This document shows, piece after piece, positions 9,592 to 20,604 of a stretch of 64,000 bases of DNA (positions within the stretch are counted from its first letter, which is position 1; each line of letters starts with the position of its first letter). Where the stretch lies: positions 128,001 to 192,000 of IMG/VR virus record IMGVR_UViG_3300042691_041259; one strand, written 5' to 3'. A program made the position numbers and the translations under genes. Under the pieces are notes generated by a model. The model was not told the origin of the DNA, did no database searches, and worked only from the letters and a program-made list of their open reading frames with translations. Origin of the DNA: a virus. Taxonomy: Duplodnaviria; Caudoviricetes.

Positions 9592-10145
9592 TATACTTTT
9601 ACGGTTTGAACTTTTACATCTTTTTCTTTCTCTAACTCTTTTGCGTGATCAAGATTTTCTTGATTGTCATCGAAAAAGATAAAGTCATAATATCCTTGTG
9701 ATATGAGGTCTTTTAGTGCCTCAGATTTCTTTTGTGCAATACTTCCTTGATATGAATACTTTGGATCATTAACAGCTATCACCAAGTCGGGGTGAATGTC
9801 TATACCATTCTCTAAAAAGAACGTTCTTATCATATTAGAAGATGAACGAGCAGTGAGTATACACACATGTACTCCTCTTCTATAAAAGTCATTGAGTTTA
9901 TCCAGTACATGAGTAATAAACTCAGCGTTCCTTAGCACGTCTAGGCTTTCAAAATCTTTAAAAGAAAGACTGTGTTTCTTGGGATCGTGTTTAAAAAAAT
10001 TAAACTCAGCAGGCGTAAGACTTTTAATTACTTTGCCTTTTCGGTCAAGAACCTGTATTTTTGCGGTAGATATAACTAACGTATCGTCCAGGTCAAAGAC
10101 CGCAAGTCTTCCTTTGGAAGTTCCTTTTATATTTGCTTCGTTCAT
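9591..10145 (-). CDS. HAD-superfamily hydrolase
   Basis: Motif I VFDLDDTL, motif II ILTAR, motif III K, motif IV FFDDNQEN. Confidence 0.8.
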   Translation of the reverse strand: MNEANIKGTSKGRLAVFDLDDTLVISTAKIQVLDRKGKVIKSLTPAEFNFFKHDPKKHSLSFKDFESLDVLRNAEFITHVLDKLNDFYRRGVHVCILTARSSSNMIRTFFLENGIDIHPDLVIAVNDPKYSYQGSIAQKKSEALKDLISQGYYDFIFFDDNQENLDHAKELEKEKDVKVQTVKV

Positions 10146-10150
10146 ATACT

Positions 10151-10158
10151 TATTTATC
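10151..10158 (-). promoter_or_regulatory. Late-promoter-like motif GATAAATA (overlaps the upstream TAA)
   Basis: Immediately upstream of the ATG at 10145. Confidence 0.5.
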
Positions 10159-13100
10159 CTTCATTACGATCTGCCATATAGACTTCTATATAGTCCTTGT
10201 TGTATCGGCTTTGCGTATTACCATTGGTATCGGTAATTTCCAATTCCAAGTCGTATAGGCCAGTCTCCAGGAAAGTCCACATAAAGTCAGAATCTTCTAT
10301 TGAACAAACTTTAGTTCCATCATGATATAGGTTCCATAAGAAATGTGTTTTTCCTGCAATATCTGATGCGTCTGATGAAAATAATACCGAGCATCCAGCA
10401 GGGATTTTTCTTTCACGCAATGATATTGTAGTGTCTTCCCATGTAAATGCCGAGTTTATAGAACTCTCATATTGCAGTCTCATTGAATCCCATTGCTCTG
10501 TACTGCTCCAAAGTTGTCTTGTGACTGGCTGGATTTTTATATTTAGATCTAACGGGGTGTACGCATAAAAGACTGCTGTAGCTGCTGAATCAATAGGTAT
10601 GTCAATATTGATTAAACTATTTTTGTTATCAACGCTAATAATTTTTGTCTTAAACTGATTTGTAAGAACTGGTCCGCCTGAAACTTCGCCTATAACCATT
10701 CCAGACTTAAGAGATTCAATAGGACTTGGCATTAAAGCAGGTGTAAATGGAGCTGTCGGCTGCGTTATGCTGGTAATTTGATAAGTTTCCGGATCAAATA
10801 TGAGAGCCCCATCAATGTTTGTAGTTCCATTAAAATACACTGCGTTTCTTCCTATTAAACCAGTTTGAGGATTAACCACAACAGCTTCAATAGTTAAAGT
10901 TTCTGAGCTTACTGGCGAAGCTGCCGAGTTGTAAACATTTGAAGCAAATTTTATCACTATAGGAATAGGATACTGGTCCCAGTTAGAATAATTGGCTGCA
11001 AAAAAAGTGCTAGTTGAAAAATCAAAAGGAGAACCTGCGTTGTATATAGTGGCTTGTCCATCAAAAAATGAATTTAGAACTAAATATAAATCGTCAGGCG
11101 TTGGCGGAACTATTGCGTTGCCGTTTACATCAAATATAGAAACTACAGTTCCAGGTTTATACAAGTTAGGAAAAGTATTTGCAATTGGTGTTAAAAACGG
11201 AAAACCATCAACCTGGCCATTAGGAGAGCTCCATGACTTAGAAGGGTACCATCCTCCATTAACAGCATTGTAGTCGCTGTAACGATTCTCCCCTCCCTCA
11301 TAAATGTAGGTTTGTATGTTTCTATACGGCTGAGCAAATTGCAGAAGACTATTTTCTAAGCCTGCACCATAAAATATATCTCTATTTTGAACCCAATTAT
11401 AGTAATTTCCAAGAGGAAAAGTATGGTTCCACTCGGTAAGATCACTGACTCCAGGCTCGTATATGTAATGATTTGACACAAATAAATTATTAGTATTGGA
11501 TCTAACGTATCCTAAAGAATCTGCACCCGGAGACTTTGCATACGCATTAATTACTATATCAGGATCGGAAGCCGGCGTTGACAATATAAATTTCACAGAG
11601 CCGGCTCTTTTTGGATATACCTCCATACAAAAGCTTTCAACTGTTGTCGCGGCAGGTGCAAACATAGTTAGCGTAGTAACAAAACCACTGTTCTCGTTGA
11701 TAAGGCCAATGCCAGGTCCAAATTCACCAATTATAGTTAATGCATTTGGATCCCACAACCAGCCTGCAAGAGGAAGATCTGATTGATACCCTACTATATT
11801 GCTAACAACTTTGCTGCCAGCTACCATATCACCGTGTATTACACATGCAGGAATCCATGGAATAGCTCCTCCAACAGTAAACGCTCCAGAAGAACCGAGA
11901 GTTACCTGTCCAGCTCCAGCGCCTGAAACTTCCCATCCTGGCTGTATATTTGTTCCAAGAACAAAATCCCCAACAGCAGCAATGGTATCATCACCATAAA
12001 GATTAGAATCAGTAGGATCGCCCCAAGTGTAAAAACCTTGATCAACCGCTCCTATAGTATCAGAAGACACTTCATAATAAAACTTTGAAAGACCGGGATT
12101 GTCATTTTTGCCCCAGTAACCTGATACGTCGTATATGTTATTGTTTAAAAAGTTTGTGGCAAATACAGCAATTTCTGGATAACTAACAGCTGGCATATCA
12201 TAGTAAAGCGGATCATATTCATTAAATTGTAAAAATGTTTCTCCCGAATTCTCTGCTACAAATCGGAAATTTGCTGAAAGACTATACGGCCAGTCAATGG
12301 TGTTCCATGTCTGCGAACACATTGCATCCCAATCAAGATTCAAAACTTCACTCCAACCAAGTTTTACTCCTAAATGAGTATCTGCATAGTCTTCATCAAA
12401 GTCTCGTGCTTTAAGCTTAAATGTAGAATCACAGCGATAGAGTTCGTGATTAGGGTCTTTTACCGTCACAATAGACCATCCTGGAATTTGATAAAATTCT
12501 CCAACATTTATTATTTCTTGTGAATACTCGCCTTCAGAAATTCCCCAATCAAAGAACCACCCTCTTCCTGTGTATGGTTCTGCTGGAAATACTATGCTAT
12601 TTTCAAATTCACCAAGAATTGGACGAGTATTAAAGTCCATAGTTATATCAAGATTTCCTGTAATACCATTTTGGAGAGATGTGTAAGTTCTTGTTGGAAA
12701 CACATTATATTTGTACTCAATCCAACCAAATATGTCAATGTCGTCAATTTGCCCTAGCCAATTATTGAGCTCGTCAAATTTCTTTCCTTCTAGCGCTGTG
12801 GCTTCTATACAAATTATGGAAGACTCGCCAGCGCTCCATATATTCCAAGGACTACCTTGATTGCTAGAGTCCTCATACATATCAATAGTTCGGAAATGCT
12901 GCTCATATAGAGTCGTTCCCTCATTAAAGATTTTTCCTTTAATTTCATAAAGTGCAAATATTCCTCCAATTTGATATGTTACCCATACGGAATTAGTAAC
13001 GGGATTATACACCATTACTCTAAATACTCCTGGCACTGTAGGATTTATTGTGTACACTGGAGTTGAAAGATCAAAAAAGCTGTACACATCAATTCTTGGA

Positions 13101-16100
13101 GTTCCACCAACATTTCTAGAAACCCACCAGTGACCATCAGCTTCATGATATGCAAGAGCGGTAACAGTATTCCAGTTTGCTGAAATGTTTTTATTAGTAC
13201 GCGTATACGGATAACTGCATTCCAACTCATAATAAACAGTGGTAGCAACCGATAAATTAAAGGCTATGATTCTATCAATATGTTCTACATAACGAATGCC
13301 AAGAACTGCTGCTGGAAGAGATACCGTGTCAATGATAGTATTCCAATTTGGTGAATTTGGATCTGCATCAATTATTGAAAGCGGTGAATTGTCTCCTGCT
13401 AACACCCAAATCCTTTTTCTTACAGGATCATAAGTAATACCGGAACAACTAGTATTAGGGGTTGTATCTATTTGAGCAATTATTGAACCTGTATTAGCGT
13501 CTACGCAATACGCAAATTCGTCAGAAGTTGCACAATAAAGCATATCGTAACCTGATCCGCCATCTCTTACAAATACCATGTTAGCGTTTGTAGAATTAGC
13601 GCTGGTTAATGTAGTAAATAAAGATGCTGTATTTGTATTGGGATCCAAGGTATAAATGTCGTTACCGATAGTTTGCCCTTCTGGATAAAAAAAGCGGTCA
13701 AGTTCTCTTACATAAAATAGTTTTTTTACATTTGCGGCAATTGATATGTTATTCTGTGTAGCGGCTTCTAAATCAATATAATATGCGTTATTTGTAGACG
13801 GTGGAACATACACACCGTAAATAAATCCAGGGCCTCCATCAGGGCTAGGGCGATACGCGCCAGCACCGGTAAAAATACTTATTGGCTGAATAAGTGGCGG
13901 AGATATTTCAGGATCAAGTGGATCGAACGCCCACCAAAAAGTTTTATCAGGTTGCGTAATTACAAGATCAAACTCAGTAAAACCAGGACGGACTTCTTTT
14001 AATAAGTCAGCAGTAGTTGCATACGTATTTGTATTTGTATTGTTTACATAAAACATTGCTCGATTTCCCCAATTTGCCTCAGTAGGGCTATCAAGAGTCT
14101 CAACTACTACAGGTGCCGGATTGCCTAAAACTCCTAAATTCAAATTACCGTTCTCATAAGATTGGTTTCGGTAGTTATAGATTTGCCCACTTACCCATTG
14201 CTCGGTTATCGGCGAAGTGCCATCTGTGATGATTCCTGAATATAGTGTTGTAACAGGATCTACATTTTTTGCATATATAGGTATACCCCATGAAGCAAGT
14301 GGATGATCTAAATTCCACCGGCTATCATTTAGTGGAGTATTATTGTCTCCTTTAAGAGTAACATATTGTCCAGGAATCAAAGTTTTCCCGTTTTCTGGAG
14401 TATATAAATCATCTTGAATAACAATAGTATTTGCAACTTCTCTCAGGACTTCCCAAGCAGTAGGGTTTGCCTCAAAACTTGATGGCCATGCAGGCACAGA
14501 ACTAATTGTGTATTCAACATATGTCACAAAATCAGTAGCGCTAGTTGCTTCCACCGGAAACACAGATCCATCTCTACGAAGATACACAATTTCTGCACCA
14601 AAGCTTGTAGCAATTGGTCGATTCTGCACATCAGAAAGCTCCACTGTGACTACACCTGTAATAGGATTAAACTCAGTGACTTTACCTACAAGGCTATCAT
14701 AAGCAGATACTTTCCATACGTCATAATCAGGAGCTTTTGGATAGTTCCAATTGTTTTCCTGGCTAAGAGGTGTTACATTCAAGGTATCCCATAGGATATC
14801 ACAATCATCCCACACAGTCCATGTTTTAATATGATTGATCCAACGGCCCCAAAACTCGTCCCACATATAAAAAGCTTCATCCCACGTGTCTACACAATTT
14901 TGTTCCATCTGTAGAATGTTTGACTCTTGGCCAGATCCATCATAAACGCCTGGTGTGTCTGACGGGCCGATATATCGTGTAGCAAACGAAGACAATGCCT
15001 CAGGCATATATACTTCTACGTAGTCTCTTTTTATCTCGTTTACCCAATTGTTATCTGTGTCATATACAATCAGCTCTACTTTATAGAAACCTTTATACGG
15101 CAAAGGAACCGTGTGAGTAATAAGTTTGTCAATAGATTTTTGTCCAGAAGTATAAATGAAATTGCTGGTTCCTGGCTCAGATGTAACTTTCCATTCCATG
15201 TCATAAAAGTTTCCACGACCAATTTCATCCCAAGTATATAAGGTTGAAGTATGCCCGCCGGTAAGTTTTACTTCTGGCGTGGAAGTATAAGCTGACCCAC
15301 TGCTGTTAATTTCAATAGCGTGTATCTGTATGTTAAAATTTCCTGGAACCGAATTAAAGCTTGTGGAAATATCAACGTAGTTTCCGCCTACCGTATCATA
15401 AGCAAGTACAACACATGGCTTATCCAAAGAATTTCCACCAGTATCAGTACCAACTACAAACATTGTTGGAAGTATCTGGACCTGTAAAGGAAACACTGCT
15501 TGTGGAGTTGCAAAAAATGCTCGAGCAGAGGTTGGCGAAAGCGCATTAATTGAAGTTACTTCAAGATCTAAAATCTTCACTTCACCGTTTCTCATATATG
15601 CAGTAGCTGTGGCATTTATGCCATCGCCACCAATAAAGTCTACGGTTGGAGTACGTGTATAACCGCTACCTGGATCTATAATTTCAATTGCTTCAATTGC
15701 GCCGGTGCCCGCTGGAAGAGGGCTAACATAGGCTTTTAGAGTTGCCTCGGTAGCGCTCCATAAGTTATCCCATGAAAATATCATTTCATCCCAGGTAACA
15801 TCGAATCCAGTTGCCTCAAGCTCAAGAAAAGCAGCTACTGGAGCATATGGCTCATTGGTAAGAACTTCTAATTGTGTCCCTTGATCAAAGTATCCTACAT
15901 ACGGTCCTTGAACTGTTGTGAGATTAAAATTGTACGTACATACTATTGGAAGACCTGTATCTGGATCTGCTGGCGTAAATACTGGAGGATCTAAGATTGG
16001 GTAACCCTTTCCTTGTGTGGTTGTTTTAACGCCTTCCAACACATATTGAATATCTTGTTGATCAAGTTTAAATCCTCTGCCTACCCCTGAATAGTAAATG

Positions 16101-18616
16101 TTGTTTACTAAATCTTCACTTGCAACATATGTTTGTGAAAATGTTGGCGGCAGCACAAAATAACGACTTCCTTGTGTAAGCCCTGTAACCACTTCAATGT
16201 CAACTACGTCGCCTGATCCTCCAACCGTAATTACTTTTACTCTAATTGGAGTGGAGAAAACACCACCACCCAGAGTAATAATGTCGCCTACGCTATAATC
16301 CACGCCGCCATCGGAATTCCCCGATAGCGTATATAGAGACGGGGCGGCTTTTACAAATGCAACACCATTCCAAAGTTTTGATGGCGAAGCATTTCCCGAA
16401 GTCGAACCTACGGATAGCACTGGGATTTTGTTTACTGTGGCGAGTGGAGCCTCAATGTTTACACCTTTGATTGTATAAGTAGCAAAGTATGATTGCAAAG
16501 TATCTGTTCCTGGTGAATACGAATAAGCAATTTCGTTAGTATCGTATCGGCGAGCATCCTCAATAGGAATGCGAGTATCATTGGCATTAAAGTCAACTTT
16601 CCGCGTAAGTTCCACCACAAATTGTTCTACTCGGTCATTCCAAGTATTGGCAGCGTATCTTTCATAGTATACGCCTTCTCCAACAATATCAACAATCTTG
16701 GCATTCAGTGGTATGAAACCACCTTCCAAGTATTGTTTTAAAGCAAACAGCTTAATTAGAATTTCATGATTGCTAAATTGAAATGCATCAATAGTCTGTG
16801 GAACGCCATTTTCATCAAGAACTCCGCTTTCCTTATTTAAGTCGTAGAAGAGACCGAATTTATTGGTCTTTTTGTAAACTCTGCTTGGCATCATTTCCAA
16901 GCTTCCATAAGGAACTCCTCGTTCTTCTAATTGAAACGGAATCTGGACCTGCTTGTATTTTCTATAGTAAACATCCTGCTTATTAACATTAAGCCAATAC
17001 TCTTTAATTCGTATATCATAATAGCCAAACCAATTGACAATATTTACCAATCCTTTATATGCTCCAAGATAAGGCCAAATTTGGTCTCCTTGCAAAAGCA
17101 TTTCTTTTCTCTTTTGATTGAGAAGCAGAAAGTTTGGCATGTCTTCAAAAACATCGCTATCTCTAAAGATCAATTCTTGGTTTTCGGTAACGTCTCTTCC
17201 AAAATTCTGTAACAATCTGCCTAGTCTTTCATCTTCTCCTTGTGCCTCGGCTCTAAGAGAGATTTGCGATATTAACACAGGTGCATAAGGAAACGTAACA
17301 TCTTCAAGTACAAAAACGCGAATATAGCTACCTTCAGTTCCTGCAGAAAAACCAAGATGGAATTGCATAAGTCGCTCATCCCATTCTTCGGTCACTTGTC
17401 TAAATTGATAACCAGGAACGCTAGCACCGGAAAAGTTTCCAACTGCCGGAAGTCCAGTAATTCCTGCTGTGAATGCGTCAGGCGATGTAAGATTTGTAGT
17501 ATCTGTAGGGGTATGAACAAAAGAACTGACTTTGGTAATTACTGGAAAATCTTCTTCGTACTTCACAGTAAACATAAATATCTCATCTTCCAATCCAACC
17601 ATTCTGCCACGCCACTTGGGAACCGCTCTAAAAAACATAGTTACCGGAGCAGCGGTATTTGCAATTACAGGAATAGTATTTGGCGTAGAAAAGTATACAA
17701 TTCTATTTGATACCTGAACAACATCATAAGTTCCCGCGATCAAAAGAGGTGCCGCTGCATCATATACGCGGATTGACATGCCCGCTACAAATCCGTGAGG
17801 CACATATGCTTCTAAAGCAGTACCAGAACCATTTTGGGTAGGAGCGGAATCTATAGTAATTTGTGTAAGACTGTCTACAGAAACAATTTTAGTTCCTGCG
17901 GGTATTCCAGTTCCTTCAACAAACATACCAGCCGCCAAACTGGCAGTACTGGCTATGCTAAAGATTTTTTTCTGGCCAGCAATAAAACTTCCGTTAAATG
18001 AATTTATGAATACTGAAACCGAACCAACACCAGTGCTAGATTCAATAGCGTCCACAGCTATTTTGTTATTATAGAATCCTACAGGGTTGGCAGGTCCTTC
18101 ATTAGCTCTTGGAAAGCTGTAACCATAATTAAGACTTCCAGGAGTTTGTGGCGACGCTACAACTTGCTCCAAAACAAAAATGTCTTGGTTTTCAATTAGA
18201 CCTGTAGAAACAATATCAAAGTACATTTCTCCAAGCCATGTAACATTTGGATAAGCAAATTTGGTATTTCCAGGTTTCCAATCAGAATTACCAGTAAACG
18301 ATAGACCATTAAATCCAATAATAGTTCCAGTTAGTGGATCGACTACTAAATCAGCGGGATCGCTATTCCATACGTATTTTGTAATAAGATTTTCAAAACG
18401 CAAGTATGCGCTTCCTGTGATGTCATAATTGTATCCTCCACTTGTAATTTCTAGAGAAACAATTCTACCTTCTGGGCTGGTATACACATTAAATGTAGCG
18501 CCGTATCCTCCAGAATTGGTAGGATCCACAACAGTTACCAGCGTAACTGTTTGCGGAAGAAGGTTAATTTCATTACCCTTCTTATCAAAGAAATTGAGCC
18601 TGTTTGTTAAAAGCAT
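10154..18616 (-). CDS. Giant virion (baseplate/tail) protein, 2820 aa, with PKD-like domains and a beta-propeller-like insert
   Basis: GSGY-x-P-x-V-x-x-x-GG repeats (IEIIDPGSGYTRTPTVDFIGGDG) seen in T4-like wedge proteins; PKD-like ends (GFYKVELIVYD, GLYDLELEITDTNG); lies downstream of the gp6-like gene. Confidence 0.75.
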   Translation of the reverse strand: MLLTNRLNFFDKKGNEINLLPQTVTLVTVVDPTNSGGYGATFNVYTSPEGRIVSLEITSGGYNYDITGSAYLRFENLITKYVWNSDPADLVVDPLTGTIIGFNGLSFTGNSDWKPGNTKFAYPNVTWLGEMYFDIVSTGLIENQDIFVLEQVVASPQTPGSLNYGYSFPRANEGPANPVGFYNNKIAVDAIESSTGVGSVSVFINSFNGSFIAGQKKIFSIASTASLAAGMFVEGTGIPAGTKIVSVDSLTQITIDSAPTQNGSGTALEAYVPHGFVAGMSIRVYDAAAPLLIAGTYDVVQVSNRIVYFSTPNTIPVIANTAAPVTMFFRAVPKWRGRMVGLEDEIFMFTVKYEEDFPVITKVSSFVHTPTDTTNLTSPDAFTAGITGLPAVGNFSGASVPGYQFRQVTEEWDERLMQFHLGFSAGTEGSYIRVFVLEDVTFPYAPVLISQISLRAEAQGEDERLGRLLQNFGRDVTENQELIFRDSDVFEDMPNFLLLNQKRKEMLLQGDQIWPYLGAYKGLVNIVNWFGYYDIRIKEYWLNVNKQDVYYRKYKQVQIPFQLEERGVPYGSLEMMPSRVYKKTNKFGLFYDLNKESGVLDENGVPQTIDAFQFSNHEILIKLFALKQYLEGGFIPLNAKIVDIVGEGVYYERYAANTWNDRVEQFVVELTRKVDFNANDTRIPIEDARRYDTNEIAYSYSPGTDTLQSYFATYTIKGVNIEAPLATVNKIPVLSVGSTSGNASPSKLWNGVAFVKAAPSLYTLSGNSDGGVDYSVGDIITLGGGVFSTPIRVKVITVGGSGDVVDIEVVTGLTQGSRYFVLPPTFSQTYVASEDLVNNIYYSGVGRGFKLDQQDIQYVLEGVKTTTQGKGYPILDPPVFTPADPDTGLPIVCTYNFNLTTVQGPYVGYFDQGTQLEVLTNEPYAPVAAFLELEATGFDVTWDEMIFSWDNLWSATEATLKAYVSPLPAGTGAIEAIEIIDPGSGYTRTPTVDFIGGDGINATATAYMRNGEVKILDLEVTSINALSPTSARAFFATPQAVFPLQVQILPTMFVVGTDTGGNSLDKPCVVLAYDTVGGNYVDISTSFNSVPGNFNIQIHAIEINSSGSAYTSTPEVKLTGGHTSTLYTWDEIGRGNFYDMEWKVTSEPGTSNFIYTSGQKSIDKLITHTVPLPYKGFYKVELIVYDTDNNWVNEIKRDYVEVYMPEALSSFATRYIGPSDTPGVYDGSGQESNILQMEQNCVDTWDEAFYMWDEFWGRWINHIKTWTVWDDCDILWDTLNVTPLSQENNWNYPKAPDYDVWKVSAYDSLVGKVTEFNPITGVVTVELSDVQNRPIATSFGAEIVYLRRDGSVFPVEATSATDFVTYVEYTISSVPAWPSSFEANPTAWEVLREVANTIVIQDDLYTPENGKTLIPGQYVTLKGDNNTPLNDSRWNLDHPLASWGIPIYAKNVDPVTTLYSGIITDGTSPITEQWVSGQIYNYRNQSYENGNLNLGVLGNPAPVVVETLDSPTEANWGNRAMFYVNNTNTNTYATTADLLKEVRPGFTEFDLVITQPDKTFWWAFDPLDPEISPPLIQPISIFTGAGAYRPSPDGGPGFIYGVYVPPSTNNAYYIDLEAATQNNISIAANVKKLFYVRELDRFFYPEGQTIGNDIYTLDPNTNTASLFTTLTSANSTNANMVFVRDGGSGYDMLYCATSDEFAYCVDANTGSIIAQIDTTPNTSCSGITYDPVRKRIWVLAGDNSPLSIIDADPNSPNWNTIIDTVSLPAAVLGIRYVEHIDRIIAFNLSVATTVYYELECSYPYTRTNKNISANWNTVTALAYHEADGHWWVSRNVGGTPRIDVYSFFDLSTPVYTINPTVPGVFRVMVYNPVTNSVWVTYQIGGIFALYEIKGKIFNEGTTLYEQHFRTIDMYEDSSNQGSPWNIWSAGESSIICIEATALEGKKFDELNNWLGQIDDIDIFGWIEYKYNVFPTRTYTSLQNGITGNLDITMDFNTRPILGEFENSIVFPAEPYTGRGWFFDWGISEGEYSQEIINVGEFYQIPGWSIVTVKDPNHELYRCDSTFKLKARDFDEDYADTHLGVKLGWSEVLNLDWDAMCSQTWNTIDWPYSLSANFRFVAENSGETFLQFNEYDPLYYDMPAVSYPEIAVFATNFLNNNIYDVSGYWGKNDNPGLSKFYYEVSSDTIGAVDQGFYTWGDPTDSNLYGDDTIAAVGDFVLGTNIQPGWEVSGAGAGQVTLGSSGAFTVGGAIPWIPACVIHGDMVAGSKVVSNIVGYQSDLPLAGWLWDPNALTIIGEFGPGIGLINENSGFVTTLTMFAPAATTVESFCMEVYPKRAGSVKFILSTPASDPDIVINAYAKSPGADSLGYVRSNTNNLFVSNHYIYEPGVSDLTEWNHTFPLGNYYNWVQNRDIFYGAGLENSLLQFAQPYRNIQTYIYEGGENRYSDYNAVNGGWYPSKSWSSPNGQVDGFPFLTPIANTFPNLYKPGTVVSIFDVNGNAIVPPTPDDLYLVLNSFFDGQATIYNAGSPFDFSTSTFFAANYSNWDQYPIPIVIKFASNVYNSAASPVSSETLTIEAVVVNPQTGLIGRNAVYFNGTTNIDGALIFDPETYQITSITQPTAPFTPALMPSPIESLKSGMVIGEVSGGPVLTNQFKTKIISVDNKNSLINIDIPIDSAATAVFYAYTPLDLNIKIQPVTRQLWSSTEQWDSMRLQYESSINSAFTWEDTTISLRERKIPAGCSVLFSSDASDIAGKTHFLWNLYHDGTKVCSIEDSDFMWTFLETGLYDLELEITDTNGNTQSRYNKDYIEVYMADRNEG

Positions 18617-18891
18617 TAAGAGTGTACTTTATAGTTTTTATCTACTGTGTAATTGAAAGCCTTCTTAATACTTCCTATGTAATTGATGAGATAAACAAGC
18701 ATTGTTTGAAATTGCAAAAACGTATATTCTTTTCTTGAATCCACCAATAAGTATTTAGAAGTTGTTTTTTCCAACAAGCGCTCTTCATAATCAAACCCTT
18801 GATTTTTCAGGATGTCTTGTTGATGTATCATCCAATTGTAATAACTGGGTCTTCCTAAATGAGGCCCGGGTTTTGGTGTTTCGGTTATCAT
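18616..18891 (-). CDS. Hypothetical protein (91 aa), baseplate operon
   Basis: Translationally coupled (short overlaps) with both neighbours. Confidence 0.65.
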   Translation of the reverse strand: MITETPKPGPHLGRPSYYNWMIHQQDILKNQGFDYEERLLEKTTSKYLLVDSRKEYTFLQFQTMLVYLINYIGSIKKAFNYTVDKNYKVHS

Positions 18892-20588
18892 ACGCTCTTT
18901 TTGATATTATTTACTTCAATTCGGTGAAGCTCCATATTTAGAGATCTTGGTGTATCTTTTTTGGTGAATGTGATATTTAGAGTTGACGGCTTTCCAGTCT
19001 CAATTCCCGTATTGAAGTACTCTCCATATCGATTAGCCCAGCCTCCACGAATAACTACAAGTTCTCCTCGATCCATTATGATATCACCAAATTCATCCAA
19101 CCCAATATCTTTCTTTGCAGCATTATTTGGATCTTTTTTGAATTGCTCATTTTTTTCACATACAAAGTATACGTTAACTGAGTCAACTCCTTCAACAGAT
19201 TCAATTACTGCTATGAGATCGGATTTTGGAATTCGATCTCTTCTACGGTTATTAAGAAAATAGTCAGAGCATTTAGAAATTATTTGCTGTCGAATAATAT
19301 CTTTGTTGAACCCTTCAAATGCTGTAACGTTTACCATCATCACGTATCTACTAATAATAGGATCCACAACTTTGTTTACCACTGTCATTATTTTTTGGCC
19401 ACTCCGTTCTATCAATTCGTACACCTTTCTCTTTTCGTCACTAGTGAGTCTAAATAAGTTAATTGGAACAGAAAAATAGTCATCAGAACTTTTTTTCCTT
19501 TTATTTACATCGGGTATGAGAAAGAGATACACGGTATTGTCATCCTCAAGATTTTCATCACCGAGAGTATTAAATGCATCAATTACCGAGAAAAAATTAA
19601 ACTTCTGAAAAAAGTATACGTAGTTGTCGGTATTGGCCAATACGTAAGATCTGCTGGTTTTTGGTGCAAGCAATTTTGTAAGAGCTATCGGTTCTGCATC
19701 GGATCCAAAAGAAAACGGCTCGATCATGGCTATACTAAGTATCTTATTTAGATCTACTTCTTCACCAGCAATATCATAGCCTTGCTGTAAAAATTTGAAT
19801 GGCGGAGACGAGTCGGTAATGATATTTCCAGCATTTCCTGAAGTTGTCATATATTCAACCCGGATAACTGCACCTAATGGCGGCTGAGCTCCAAAGTACG
19901 TATTGCCAAAAAATACATCTATTCCGCTATCAATACCGGTTTTTACAATGCATGCATTTTCATTATAGCTTATGTCATAAAGAGAATCGTACTTCTTCCA
20001 CTCTTCATTGTTTACATAGACTTTAACAAAAAAGTTGTCAATGATAAAGTTTTTCTTTGGAGTTGTAGTAAACGATTGAAGAGCTGCACCGGTTCCCGTG
20101 AAAGACTGTGCCTCTATTGCGCCTTGCATTGTATAGACCTCAATAGTATTTTTCCCACTTAGGTCTATTGTCACAGCTTCTTGATCCATTACCAAGGTAT
20201 ACGTAAGACCATTAGTACCACATTGTAAAGTGGTAAAATTAGGAATCACAACGGTATTACCGTACATGTCAACCTTTGCACCATTGTAAGTAAACTTTAA
20301 AGTGCCAGTTGCGGCAATTGCCCGAGTGGGATTGTGGCCGGCAATTCTTGCCAAACCTCTAATAGAATTAGGACGCTGCGCTGTGTATATGTTCAGCTCA
20401 TTAATGCTGTCTTCTACATAATAGAACATCAGCCTACCCATGTCAAGAATCACTTGTAATAGCTGACCGTATGGGCTAGCGGGTGAGAAAACTTGATCGG
20501 ATTGCTGATACTTTGATTCCAGAAAAGACTTTACATCAGTATACATCTGACTGTAAGTTATTCTGGTAAGTTTGAATATCTCTAGCAT
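18888..20588 (-). CDS. Baseplate wedge protein, T4 gp6/baseplate-J-like
   Basis: N-terminal ASPYGQLLQVIL...TAQRPNSIRGLARIAGHNPTRA, GSDAEP and IESVEGVDSVNV patterns; next to the gp25-like gene. Confidence 0.82.
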   Translation of the reverse strand: MLEIFKLTRITYSQMYTDVKSFLESKYQQSDQVFSPASPYGQLLQVILDMGRLMFYYVEDSINELNIYTAQRPNSIRGLARIAGHNPTRAIAATGTLKFTYNGAKVDMYGNTVVIPNFTTLQCGTNGLTYTLVMDQEAVTIDLSGKNTIEVYTMQGAIEAQSFTGTGAALQSFTTTPKKNFIIDNFFVKVYVNNEEWKKYDSLYDISYNENACIVKTGIDSGIDVFFGNTYFGAQPPLGAVIRVEYMTTSGNAGNIITDSSPPFKFLQQGYDIAGEEVDLNKILSIAMIEPFSFGSDAEPIALTKLLAPKTSRSYVLANTDNYVYFFQKFNFFSVIDAFNTLGDENLEDDNTVYLFLIPDVNKRKKSSDDYFSVPINLFRLTSDEKRKVYELIERSGQKIMTVVNKVVDPIISRYVMMVNVTAFEGFNKDIIRQQIISKCSDYFLNNRRRDRIPKSDLIAVIESVEGVDSVNVYFVCEKNEQFKKDPNNAAKKDIGLDEFGDIIMDRGELVVIRGGWANRYGEYFNTGIETGKPSTLNITFTKKDTPRSLNMELHRIEVNNIKKSV

Positions 20589-20604
20589 TGATTGACTTTT
20601 AATG

